DNA from: Candidatus Limnocylindrales bacterium
GTDB taxonomy: Bacteria; Chloroflexota; Limnocylindria; Limnocylindrales; CSP1-4
Assembly (NCBI GenBank): GCA_035308445.1
Contig: DATGGQ010000029.1
Span: 33,244-97,243 of the forward strand
Reading direction: 5' to 3'
DNA length: 64,000 nucleotides
Below, one piece after another: positions 1 to 7,326 of this stretch. The notes beneath the pieces were generated by a model that had not been told where the DNA came from, ran no database searches, and saw only the letters and a list, made by a program, of their open reading frames with translations. Both the position numbers and the translations under genes were made by a program. Position 1 is the first letter of the stretch. Every line of letters starts with the position of its first letter.

Positions 1-561
1 GCCGATCGACCCGGTCACGGGCGCCAGGTCCACGAGGGCGACCTTGTCGGGCTCCCTGGCCGCGATCGCGAGGGCCAGGTTGACCGCCACCGTCGTGGTG
101 CCGACGCCGCCCTTGGGCGAGAAGACGACGATGAGGCGACGGCCCTCGCGGCGGGTCGAGCTCACGACCGAGGTCGCCGGGCGGAGCTCCTTCGAGCGGC
201 GGAAGCGGAGGTCGAGAGCCTCGACCCGGGCGTCGAGCTCGCGCTCGTCGATCGGCCGGACCATGACGTCGTCCGCGCCCGCCTCGAGCAGCCGGATCCG
301 GTCCTCCACGCCGTCGCTCGGGCTGATCGCCAGGATCGGCTGCTCGGCAAGGGCGGGAATGGCTCGGATGTCGCGGCACACCGACGCGACGGTGCGCGGC
401 GCGGGGACGGCGTCGACCACGATGATCTGGTGCTCCGGGGCGATCCGGATGCCCTCGTCGGGATCCTCGACCCGGGTCAGGAAGCGGCTCTGCTGGGCCA
501 GGACGCGGGCAACCGCGTCGCTCGAGGCATCGCCGATCAGGAGGACGCGGGTGTCGGCCAC
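1..561 (-). CDS. REC (receiver) domain fused to a ParA/MinD-type P-loop ATPase (CpaE/TadZ-like architecture); only the 5' part is in the window, the gene continues past position 1
   Basis: Hand translation of the minus strand from GTG at 561 gives VADTRVLLIGD...IIVVDAVP...LEAGADDVMVRPIDERELDARV (receiver fold), then RLIVVFSPKGGVGTTTTAVNLALAIAA (deviant Walker A of ParA/CpaE ATPases). On its own strand it is preceded by a TATCCT box 7 nt from the start, with no Shine-Dalgarno (SD). Confidence 0.55.
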   Translation of the reverse strand, partial: MADTRVLLIGDASSDAVARVLAQQSRFLTRVEDPDEGIRIAPEHQIIVVDAVPAPRTVASVCRDIRAIPALAEQPILAISPSDGVEDRIRLLEAGADDVMVRPIDERELDARVEALDLRFRRSKELRPATSVVSSTRREGRRLIVVFSPKGGVGTTTVAVNLALAIAAREPDKVALVDLAPVTGSIG

Positions 562-564
562 GGC

Positions 565-640
565 GGGGAGGATACATCCGGCCCTCGGCGACGCCTTGCA
601 GCCGTTCGAGGAGGCCCGAAGGTCCCGTGGTATCCTCCCC
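565..640. promoter_or_regulatory. Divergent promoter region: perfect 11-bp inverted repeat GGGGAGGATAC (565-575) / GTATCCTCCCC (630-640). Each arm is a TATCCT -10-like box plus a C-rich discriminator; one arm faces the REC-ATPase gene (leaderless), the other faces rpsF
   Basis: The inverted repeat is read directly. The same TAT(A/C)CT+CCC motif recurs upstream of many operon-leading genes here. Confidence 0.35.
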
Positions 641-709
641 GGGTTGCCTTTCGGCTCCGCGTCGATCCGTCGACATCGGGGCATCCCCACTGGAAGGAGT
701 CATCCGGCC

Positions 710-1138
710 GTGCGCCGATACGAGCTCATGCTGGTCTTCCGTCCGGACGCGCCGGACGAACGCATCGCCGCGATCGTCGATCGCACCACCCGCCAGCTCA
801 CCGCCGCCGGCGGGCAGATCATCAAGGTCGCTCCGTGGGGCCGCCGTCGGCTGGCCTATCCGATCGAGCGCCACCGCGAGGGGTCGTACCACATCGTGGT
901 GTTCGAGGCGCCGCCCGAATCGATCGTCGAGCTCGAGCGAGGCCTCCTGATCACCGAGGAGGTCCTCCGGCACCTCGTCGTCCGCCAGGAGCGTCCGGCC
1001 CGGTCGCTGCGCGGGGGCGCCGCCGGCGCCGATGCCGACGAAGCGCCCTTGCCGTCCGCCGAGGACGAAGAGGAGGACGACGGCACCGAGCGGATCGACG
1101 AGTCCGAGAGCGAGGCGGCCCCGGCCGCGATCGACTGA
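710..1138 (+). CDS. rpsF: 30S ribosomal protein S6
   Basis: Translation MRRYELMLVFRPD...; GTG start at 710 preceded by GGAAGGAG at 692-699; acidic C-terminal tail. The upstream part of track ORF 44..1138 is non-coding read-through. Confidence 0.9.
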   Translation: MRRYELMLVFRPDAPDERIAAIVDRTTRQLTAAGGQIIKVAPWGRRRLAYPIERHREGSYHIVVFEAPPESIVELERGLLITEEVLRHLVVRQERPARSLRGGAAGADADEAPLPSAEDEEEDDGTERIDESESEAAPAAID

Positions 1139-1150
1139 GAGGTCTGACAG

Positions 1151-1594
1151 ATGGCACTCAGCAAGATCCAGATCATCGGCAACCTCGGTCGCGATCCCGA
1201 GCTCCGCTACACGCCGAACGGTCGCCCGGTGGCGACGTTCAGCGTCGCGGTCAACCAGTCCACGAAGAACCAGCAGACCGGCGAGTGGGTCGAGGCCACG
1301 GACTGGTTCCGGGTGAGCGTCTGGGGCGACCGGGCCGAGCGAGCCGCGGAGAACCTCCGCAAGGGCAGCCGCGTGTTCGTGGACGGCCGCTTCCGGACCC
1401 GCGAGTACGAGACCAACGACGGCCGCAAGGGCCTGTCGCTCGACGTCTCGGCCGACACGGTCCTCGGGCTCGACAAGCGCGAAGCCGCGGAGGGCACGTT
1501 CGCCGGCGCTCCCGCGGGCGCGGCCGGCAACGGCCCGTCCGGCCGCGCGCCGGGCGGCTTCGACGACACCGAGATCGACGAGCTTCCGTTCTGA
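1151..1594 (+). CDS. ssb: Single-stranded DNA-binding protein
   Basis: OB-fold sequence MALSKIQIIGNLGRDPELRYTP... with Gly-rich tail ending DDTEIDELPF (the acidic tip typical of SSB). Confidence 0.9.
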   Translation: MALSKIQIIGNLGRDPELRYTPNGRPVATFSVAVNQSTKNQQTGEWVEATDWFRVSVWGDRAERAAENLRKGSRVFVDGRFRTREYETNDGRKGLSLDVSADTVLGLDKREAAEGTFAGAPAGAAGNGPSGRAPGGFDDTEIDELPF

Positions 1595-1611
1595 CAGGAG
1601 ATCACTGACCC

Positions 1612-1884
1612 ATGCCCGCCCCATCCCGCTCCGCGCGCAAGCGCGACGACTTCTATCGCGACCGCCGCCGCCGGAAGGTCTGCGCCTTCTGCGCCGATAA
1701 GACCGTCCAGATCGACTACAAGGAGGTCAACCGCCTCCGCCGGTACCTCTCGGAGCGCGCCAAGATCGAGCCGCGCCGCAAGACCGGCACGTGCGCCGGC
1801 CACCAGCGCGAGCTGTCCGTCGCGCTGAAGCGCGCCCGCCACGTCGCCCTGCTCCCGTACGCCCCTGAGCATCTCCGCCCATAG
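1612..1884 (+). CDS. rpsR: 30S ribosomal protein S18
   Basis: Conserved CAFCADK...[43 protein letters not shown]; SD CAGGAG upstream. Confidence 0.9.
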   Translation: MPAPSRSARKRDDFYRDRRRRKVCAFCADKTVQIDYKEVNRLRRYLSERAKIEPRRKTGTCAGHQRELSVALKRARHVALLPYAPEHLRP

Positions 1885-1928
1885 GCTCGGCGGTTTGAGC
1901 CGGCCCTGACCACCGCGTCGGGCTCGCC

Positions 1929-2813
1929 GTGCTGATCGCGCTCGCCATGCTCGGCGGCGGCGTCGTCGCCGGCGTGTTCGGGTCGCTCCTCGGGCTGGGC
2001 GGCGGCATCCTGATCGTGCCGTTCCTCAGCCTCGGCTTCGGGCTGCCGGTCCGGGAGGCGGTCGGTGTCTCGCTCGTCTGCGTGATCGTGACGAGTGGCG
2101 CCTCGGCCGCGGTCTACCTCGATCGGCGGGTCGCGAACCTCCGGCTCGGGATGGTCCTCGAGCTGTTCACCGCGAGCGGCGCGGTGATCGGCGGCGCGAT
2201 CGCCTTCCTGATCGACGAGCAGCTCCTCGCCGGGCTGTTCACCCTGCTCCTCCTCTACACGATCGTGACGATGCTTCGCCGCCCGGCGTCGGCCCCGGCG
2301 CCGGAGCCGACGACCCTGCCGGAGAGCGGGCCGTCGGCGGCGACGGGGCCCGCCGCGCCGGCCCCGGCCGCGCCCATCGCGTCGGCGTCCGGCACGTTCC
2401 CGGCGTTCATTGCCGCCCTGTCGGGCCCGGGATACGCCGTCCGGAACCTGCGCCTCGGCACCGTCGGCGCCGTGTTCGCCGGCGTCATGTCGGCGCTCCT
2501 CGGCATCGGCGGCGGGCTCGTGAAGGTGCCGCTGATGCACCTGTTCATGAACGTCCCGCTGCGGGTGGCCACCGCGACGAGCAACCTGATGGTCGGCATC
2601 ACCGCCTCGACGAGCGCGATCGTCTACCTCCTGCGGGGCGGGATCGATCCGCTCGTCGCCGGGCCGACCGCGCTCGGCGTGTTCGTCGGCGCCGCGATCG
2701 GCTCGCGGGCCGCCCACCGGATCGACCTGCGGGTCCTCCGCCTGCTGTTCGTCGTCGTCCTCGCCTACACCGCGTTCGAGATGGCCCAGCGTGCCCTGGG
2801 GGCCGGCCAGTGA
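1929..2813 (+). CDS. TSUP/TauE-SafE family (DUF81) membrane transporter with a two-repeat architecture
   Basis: Two homologous polytopic halves (GSLLGLGGGILIVPFL / SALLGIGGGLVKVPLM) joined by a Pro/Ala linker; GTG start. Confidence 0.8.
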   Translation: MLIALAMLGGGVVAGVFGSLLGLGGGILIVPFLSLGFGLPVREAVGVSLVCVIVTSGASAAVYLDRRVANLRLGMVLELFTASGAVIGGAIAFLIDEQLLAGLFTLLLLYTIVTMLRRPASAPAPEPTTLPESGPSAATGPAAPAPAAPIASASGTFPAFIAALSGPGYAVRNLRLGTVGAVFAGVMSALLGIGGGLVKVPLMHLFMNVPLRVATATSNLMVGITASTSAIVYLLRGGIDPLVAGPTALGVFVGAAIGSRAAHRIDLRVLRLLFVVVLAYTAFEMAQRALGAGQ

Positions 2814-3169
2814 CCCGGACCGACGACCGGCGGCTCGAGGCGTCGATCGCCCGGCTCCTCACGATCGGGACCTACGTCTCCGTGGCCTTCATCGCGATCG
2901 GCGTGGTGGCGCTGTTCGCCACGGGCGTGTCGCCGCTGGACGCCGCGCCAGCCTTCGACCTCGGCCGGCTGCCGGGCGACCTCGTCGCGCTGCGGCCCGC
3001 CGGGTTCCTGTGGCTCGGGATCATCGGCGTAATCGCCACGCCGGCGTCGCGAGTGGCCGCGGCCCTGGTGGGCTACGCCCGGAGCGGAGAGCGACCGATG
3101 ATGCTCGTCTCGGTCCTGGTCCTCATCGTCATCGCGGTCGGCGTCGCGACGGGCGTTGCGGCGAGCTGA
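2810..3169 (+). CDS. DUF1634-type small membrane protein (the usual partner of DUF81 transporters)
   Basis: Two-TM 119-aa protein; GTGA overlap with the preceding DUF81 gene suggests translational coupling. Confidence 0.65.
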   Translation: MTRTDDRRLEASIARLLTIGTYVSVAFIAIGVVALFATGVSPLDAAPAFDLGRLPGDLVALRPAGFLWLGIIGVIATPASRVAAALVGYARSGERPMMLVSVLVLIVIAVGVATGVAAS

Positions 3170-3176
3170 GGACCGC

Positions 3177-4250
3177 GTGCTCGACCCCCTGATCCTCGTC
3201 GCCTCCTTCGCGATCATCCTGCTCGGCGCCGAGCTCTTCACGAACGGCATCGAGTGGTTCGGCCACCGGCTCGGGCTCGGGGAAGGCGCGGTCGGCAGCG
3301 TGCTCGCGGCCATCGGGACGGCGCTGCCCGAGACGACGATCCCCGTCGTCGCAATCCTCTTCTCGAGCGACCCGCACTCGAGCGAGGTGGGCCTCGGGGC
3401 GATCCTCGGCGCCCCGTTCATGCTCGGAACCCTCGCGATCGGGGTCACGGGCCTGGTCGTGTACCTGAACCGGAGCAGGCGCCCGACCGGCGAGGCCCTC
3501 GCGATCGACCGCTCCGTCGTGCTGGCCGACCTCGCCGGGTTCGTGCCGGCGTACGGCATCGCGATCGGTGCCGCCTTCCTGCCGATCGAGCCGACCTGGC
3601 CGAAGCTCATCGTCGCGGTCGTCCTCGTCGCGCTCTATGGCCGGTACGTGAAGCACCACTTCGACGCCGAGTCGACGATCGACGCCGAGGGCCTGAACCC
3701 GCTCCGGCTGCACCCGTTCGACATGCGCTTCTTCGGCGCCGACGCCGAATCGCCCCGGCTCCGGACGATCACGCTCCAGGTCATCGTGGCGGTCGTGGCG
3801 ATCGTCGTGGGAGCCGTCGCCTTCGTCACGGCCGTGTCCTCGATCGCGCACAGCCTCGGCGTGAGCGAGATCATCCTGGCCCTCATCGTCGCTCCGATCG
3901 CGACCGAGCTCCCGGAGGGCTTCAACGCCGTCCTCTGGATCCGCCAGGGCAAGGACACCCTGGCCGTCGGCAACATCACGGGGGCGATGGTCTTCCAGGC
4001 ATCGATCGCGACGGTCGTGGCCCTCGTCTTCGCGCCGACGGCGTGGTCGATCCAGCCCGGCACGGAGATCGCGTTCGCGTCGGCGGCGATCACGCTCCTG
4101 TCCGTCGCGGTGGTCTTCCGCCGCCTCGTGCGCCACGAGGGAGGCGGCGGCCTGCGCGCCCGGGGCCTGCTGCTCGGCGCCGTCTTCTACGCGGCCTACA
4201 TCGCTCTGGTTGCGTGGGACGTCGTCTCGGGAGCGGCGGCCGGACCCTGA
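3177..4250 (+). CDS. CaCA-family sodium/calcium (cation) antiporter, YrbG-like
   Basis: Polytopic protein with the two alpha-repeat motifs GTALPE and ATELPE. GTG at 3177 preferred; the track ORF starts at TTG 3156 inside the upstream gene. Confidence 0.8.
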   Translation: MLDPLILVASFAIILLGAELFTNGIEWFGHRLGLGEGAVGSVLAAIGTALPETTIPVVAILFSSDPHSSEVGLGAILGAPFMLGTLAIGVTGLVVYLNRSRRPTGEALAIDRSVVLADLAGFVPAYGIAIGAAFLPIEPTWPKLIVAVVLVALYGRYVKHHFDAESTIDAEGLNPLRLHPFDMRFFGADAESPRLRTITLQVIVAVVAIVVGAVAFVTAVSSIAHSLGVSEIILALIVAPIATELPEGFNAVLWIRQGKDTLAVGNITGAMVFQASIATVVALVFAPTAWSIQPGTEIAFASAAITLLSVAVVFRRLVRHEGGGGLRARGLLLGAVFYAAYIALVAWDVVSGAAAGP

Positions 4251-4348
4251 TCGACCCTCACGGGTAGGGCCGGAGGACCCGAAGGTCGCATCCGAGTCGC
4301 AGCCAAGTCACAGCCTGTCCGCATGCCGGCCCGGCCGAGGGCCACGCT

Positions 4349-4354
4349 TATACT
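4349..4354 (+). promoter_or_regulatory. Putative -10 box TATACT upstream of ilvE
   Basis: An AT-rich hexamer stands out against the GC background, about 25 nt before the start; member of the recurring TATACT-C motif. Confidence 0.3.
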
Positions 4355-4379
4355 CGGCCCACCCGCACGAGGTGTCCCG

Positions 4380-5384
4380 ATGCTCACCGAGAAGGCCAAG
4401 GCCGAGGCAGCCGCGAGCGCGACATCCGGTCCCGCGGACTCGCACGGCGCCCCGCCCCCTTCGACCGACGACCTCATCGCCTATTTCGAGGGCCAGTACG
4501 TCCCGCTGAAGGACGCGAAGGTCAGCATCATGACCCACGCGTTCATGTACGGGACCTCGACGTTCGAGGGCATCCGGGCCTACTGGAACCCGGACCACCG
4601 CGTCATGTACGGCCTGAAGGTCCAGGAGCACGTCCAGCGCATCCGCAAGAACGCGGCCATGCTGTTGATGACCGGGCTGCCGTCGGTCGACGAGCTCGTC
4701 CGCATCGTCGTCGAGACGATCCGCCGCAACGACTTCCAGCACGACTGCTACGTGCGGCCGGTCTTCTACAAGTCGTCGAAGGTCATCGGCGTCCGGCTCC
4801 ACAACCTCGAGCACGACTTCTGCGTGCTGTCGGTCCCGTTCGGCAACTACATCGACATCGAGCACGGCGTGCGGCTGATGACGTCCAGCTGGCGACGCAA
4901 TCGCGACGACGCCCTGCCGGCTCGCGGGAAGTTCGCCGGGGGCTACGTGAACATGGCCCTCCAGAAGTCCGAGGCCGAGATGAACGGCTTCGAGGAGGCC
5001 CTCGTCCTCACGAGCGACGGCAAGGCCAACGAGGCGTCGGCCGCGAACCTGTTCCTCGTCCGCGACGGCAAGATCATCACGCCGTCGGTCGCGGACGACA
5101 TCCTCGAGGGGATCACCCGGCTCGCGGTCTTCGAGCTGGCCGAGGCGCTCGGGATCCCGGTCGAGGTCCGGTCGATCGGCCGCTCGGAGGTGTACGTCGC
5201 CGACGAGATCTTCCTGTGCGGCACCGGGGTCCAGATGTCGCCGGTCGTCGAGGTCGACCACCGGCCGATCGGCTCGGGCCATGTCGGCCCGATCAGCCGC
5301 CAGCTGGCCGAGGCGTACTTCAATGCGGTCCGAGGCAACGACCCGCGCTTCGCCCACTGGCTCACGCTGATCCCGGCTCGCTGA
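4380..5384 (+). CDS. ilvE: Branched-chain amino acid aminotransferase (fold type IV PLP enzyme)
   Basis: MLTEKAK...YFEGQYVPLKDAKVSIMTHAFMYGTSTFEGIRAY...; ATG at 4380 preceded by CGAGGTG. The track ORF start at 4323 is probably upstream read-through. Confidence 0.85.
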   Translation: MLTEKAKAEAAASATSGPADSHGAPPPSTDDLIAYFEGQYVPLKDAKVSIMTHAFMYGTSTFEGIRAYWNPDHRVMYGLKVQEHVQRIRKNAAMLLMTGLPSVDELVRIVVETIRRNDFQHDCYVRPVFYKSSKVIGVRLHNLEHDFCVLSVPFGNYIDIEHGVRLMTSSWRRNRDDALPARGKFAGGYVNMALQKSEAEMNGFEEALVLTSDGKANEASAANLFLVRDGKIITPSVADDILEGITRLAVFELAEALGIPVEVRSIGRSEVYVADEIFLCGTGVQMSPVVEVDHRPIGSGHVGPISRQLAEAYFNAVRGNDPRFAHWLTLIPAR

Positions 5385-5403
5385 GGCCGCCTCGTTTGGT
5401 TCG

Positions 5404-5421
5404 CGCCCCGCGCCCGCGGGG
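5404..5421. terminator. GC-rich hairpin (GCCCCGCG..CGCGGGGC) between the convergent ilvE and LCP genes; possible bidirectional terminator
   Basis: Inverted repeat read in the sequence; no U-tract. Confidence 0.35.
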
Positions 5422-7224
5422 CTAGGGTTGTGGCGGCGGTGTGAGGTTCGGGGTGTTGTTCCCGGTGACGACGATGACGTCAACGTGGATCGACGGGTCG
5501 GTGACGGTCGCGATCGTGACCCCGAGGGCCTGCTGCAGGGCCTGGATCGTCAGGGGAATCCGGTCCTCCGCGCCGTTGTAGACGCGGATGACGGTCCCGG
5601 TGACGCCCGCCGGCGCGCGCTGGCCCGGGGCGGTCGCGGCCATGCCGAGGTAGTCGAGATAGCCGGCGACGTTCGACGCCTCCCCGTACTGGCCCGAGCC
5701 GTTCAGGACCCAGATCTGGGCGCCCTCCGAGGCGATCGCGTCGTGGGCTTGCTGGAAGTTCGGATTGACGACGAACGCTTCCTGGACGGCCTGTCGAATT
5801 CGCGCGACATTCGGGATGATGACGTAGCCCCGTGGATCGTTGCCGCCCTCGGCCTGGTAGAAGGGCGGCGTGAAGATCACCGAGCGGACAGAGGTCGGAT
5901 CAATCTGTGCGGCGAGGCCCATGAGCTGCGGGATCAGCTCGCGGGGAATGTCGGTCCGGACGTTCCTCGAAAGGGTTCCGAGGAGGTCGCTGACCCTGGG
6001 GAGCAGCGCCGGGATATTCACCTCGCGCCTCAGCGCGACGAGGATCCGTTGCTGCCTGGCCGCTCGGTCGAAGTCCGACGACCCATGCCGCGAGCGAACG
6101 TACTCCAGCGCCGTCGCGCCATCCATGTGTTGCGGGCCGCCGGGAATGTAGAGCCGGAGGTGACTCCCGGTCGGCGAAGGATAGGTGTCGTCCAGGACCG
6201 GCACCTCGACGTTGACCGTGACGCCGCCGAGATCGTCGACGACCTCCTGGAACCCCTGGAAATTCACTTCGATGAAGTACCGGATCCCGCCCGGGATCTG
6301 CAGGAGATTCGAGAGCATGGCCTTCAGGCCGCTGTAGCCCGGCCCGTTCTCGATCGTCTGGCCGTCGACGGTGATGTTCGGAAACCAGTCCGAACGCCGA
6401 CGGACGGTTGAGAACCAGGCGTTGACCTTCCCCTGGAAGGTCGGACCGAGTGCGGCTTCCGCTGGCCCTGGCGGGATCGGCACGTCCACCGTGTCCCGCG
6501 GGATCGAGAACAGCACGACTTGGTTCGACGTCGGGTCGATCGAGACCACGATCATCGTGTCGGTGTTGTGGGCCCCGTTCTGCTCGTCAGCCCCGATGAG
6601 CAGAATGTTCAGGCGGTCCTTGCCGTTCCACGGTGGGATCTGCGAGCTGGCTTCGGGCCCGAGCGTGCTGCTCGGCTCTGGCACGGGCGTATCGGATGCA
6701 TCAGCGCCGTTGGCCGGGCCTGACTGGTCGGGCCCGTTGCAGTTCGAGCCGTTGCCTCCGAACACGCAGGACAGCGAGCCGCTGACGAGCAGGTCGTAGC
6801 GGGCGACCGCGACGTGGGCGACGCTCATCACGAGGAGCACCGCGGCGAGGCCGGCGACCGACAGGATCGCGGTGCCTCGCGCCTGAGCCGACTTCGGGAA
6901 CGCCAGGCCGCGGCCAAGCGCCTGGGCGATGGCCCACGAGTCGACGATCGCCGCGGCCCTGTAGGCGAGGGCGACCAGGTTGGCGATGAAGAGGCCGGTG
7001 AGGAACCAGGTCTGGATCGCGAGGCCGGCGAGGTCGAACGCGTTCATCCGGACGACGATCCCGGCGATCAGCGCGCCGATGAGGATCGGCGGGGCCGCGA
7101 AGCCGAGTCCGCGGCGGTACGCGCCCAGGTAGACGTGCCCCAGCCCGGGGAAGAGCAGCGAGAGGAAGGCGGCCACGAACCCCGAGCGGCCTGCCCGCGG
7201 CGGCGTCTCGTGACCGGGCGGCAT
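5422..7224 (-). CDS. LCP-family (LytR-CpsA-Psr) cell-envelope phosphotransferase with a LytR_C domain, fused to an unusual N-terminal multipass membrane domain
   Basis: NTDTMIVVSIDPTSNQVVLFSIPRDT... is the LCP core. The N-terminal 160 aa contain 4 predicted TM segments with a TM2-domain-like FPGLGHVYLG motif. Start ATG at 7224; the rest of track ORF 5422..8253 is antisense read-through over ileS. Confidence 0.8.
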   Translation of the reverse strand: MPPGHETPPRAGRSGFVAAFLSLLFPGLGHVYLGAYRRGLGFAAPPILIGALIAGIVVRMNAFDLAGLAIQTWFLTGLFIANLVALAYRAAAIVDSWAIAQALGRGLAFPKSAQARGTAILSVAGLAAVLLVMSVAHVAVARYDLLVSGSLSCVFGGNGSNCNGPDQSGPANGADASDTPVPEPSSTLGPEASSQIPPWNGKDRLNILLIGADEQNGAHNTDTMIVVSIDPTSNQVVLFSIPRDTVDVPIPPGPAEAALGPTFQGKVNAWFSTVRRRSDWFPNITVDGQTIENGPGYSGLKAMLSNLLQIPGGIRYFIEVNFQGFQEVVDDLGGVTVNVEVPVLDDTYPSPTGSHLRLYIPGGPQHMDGATALEYVRSRHGSSDFDRAARQQRILVALRREVNIPALLPRVSDLLGTLSRNVRTDIPRELIPQLMGLAAQIDPTSVRSVIFTPPFYQAEGGNDPRGYVIIPNVARIRQAVQEAFVVNPNFQQAHDAIASEGAQIWVLNGSGQYGEASNVAGYLDYLGMAATAPGQRAPAGVTGTVIRVYNGAEDRIPLTIQALQQALGVTIATVTDPSIHVDVIVVTGNNTPNLTPPPQP

Positions 7225-7232
7225 CGCGGGTA

Positions 7233-7238
7233 GGATAG
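7233..7238 (-). promoter_or_regulatory. Putative -10 box TATCCT (minus strand) 7 nt upstream of the LCP ATG; leaderless-mRNA geometry
   Basis: The minus strand reads GCTATCCTACCCGCGATG; no SD. Confidence 0.35.
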
Positions 7239-7326
7239 CGGGACCGTCGGCGAGCGCATCGGAGCGCCTGGGAGGGCCGCTCCGAGGCGAGACTTCGACC
7301 CGGCCGGCCCCCCACAATGAGGTGAC

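Noticed and set aside
44-709. Upstream two-thirds of track ORF 44..1138 on the + strand
   Set aside because: Junk composition. The real genes are the minus-strand REC-ATPase gene (1..561) and rpsF starting at GTG 710 with a good SD.
7225-7326. Possible T-box riboswitch upstream of ileS
   Set aside because: ileS is T-box-regulated in many Gram-positives and there is an AUC triplet in the leader. But the leader is only about 100 nt and I cannot find the conserved T-box sequence (AGGGUGGNACCGCG) or a convincing antiterminator/antisequestrator fold.
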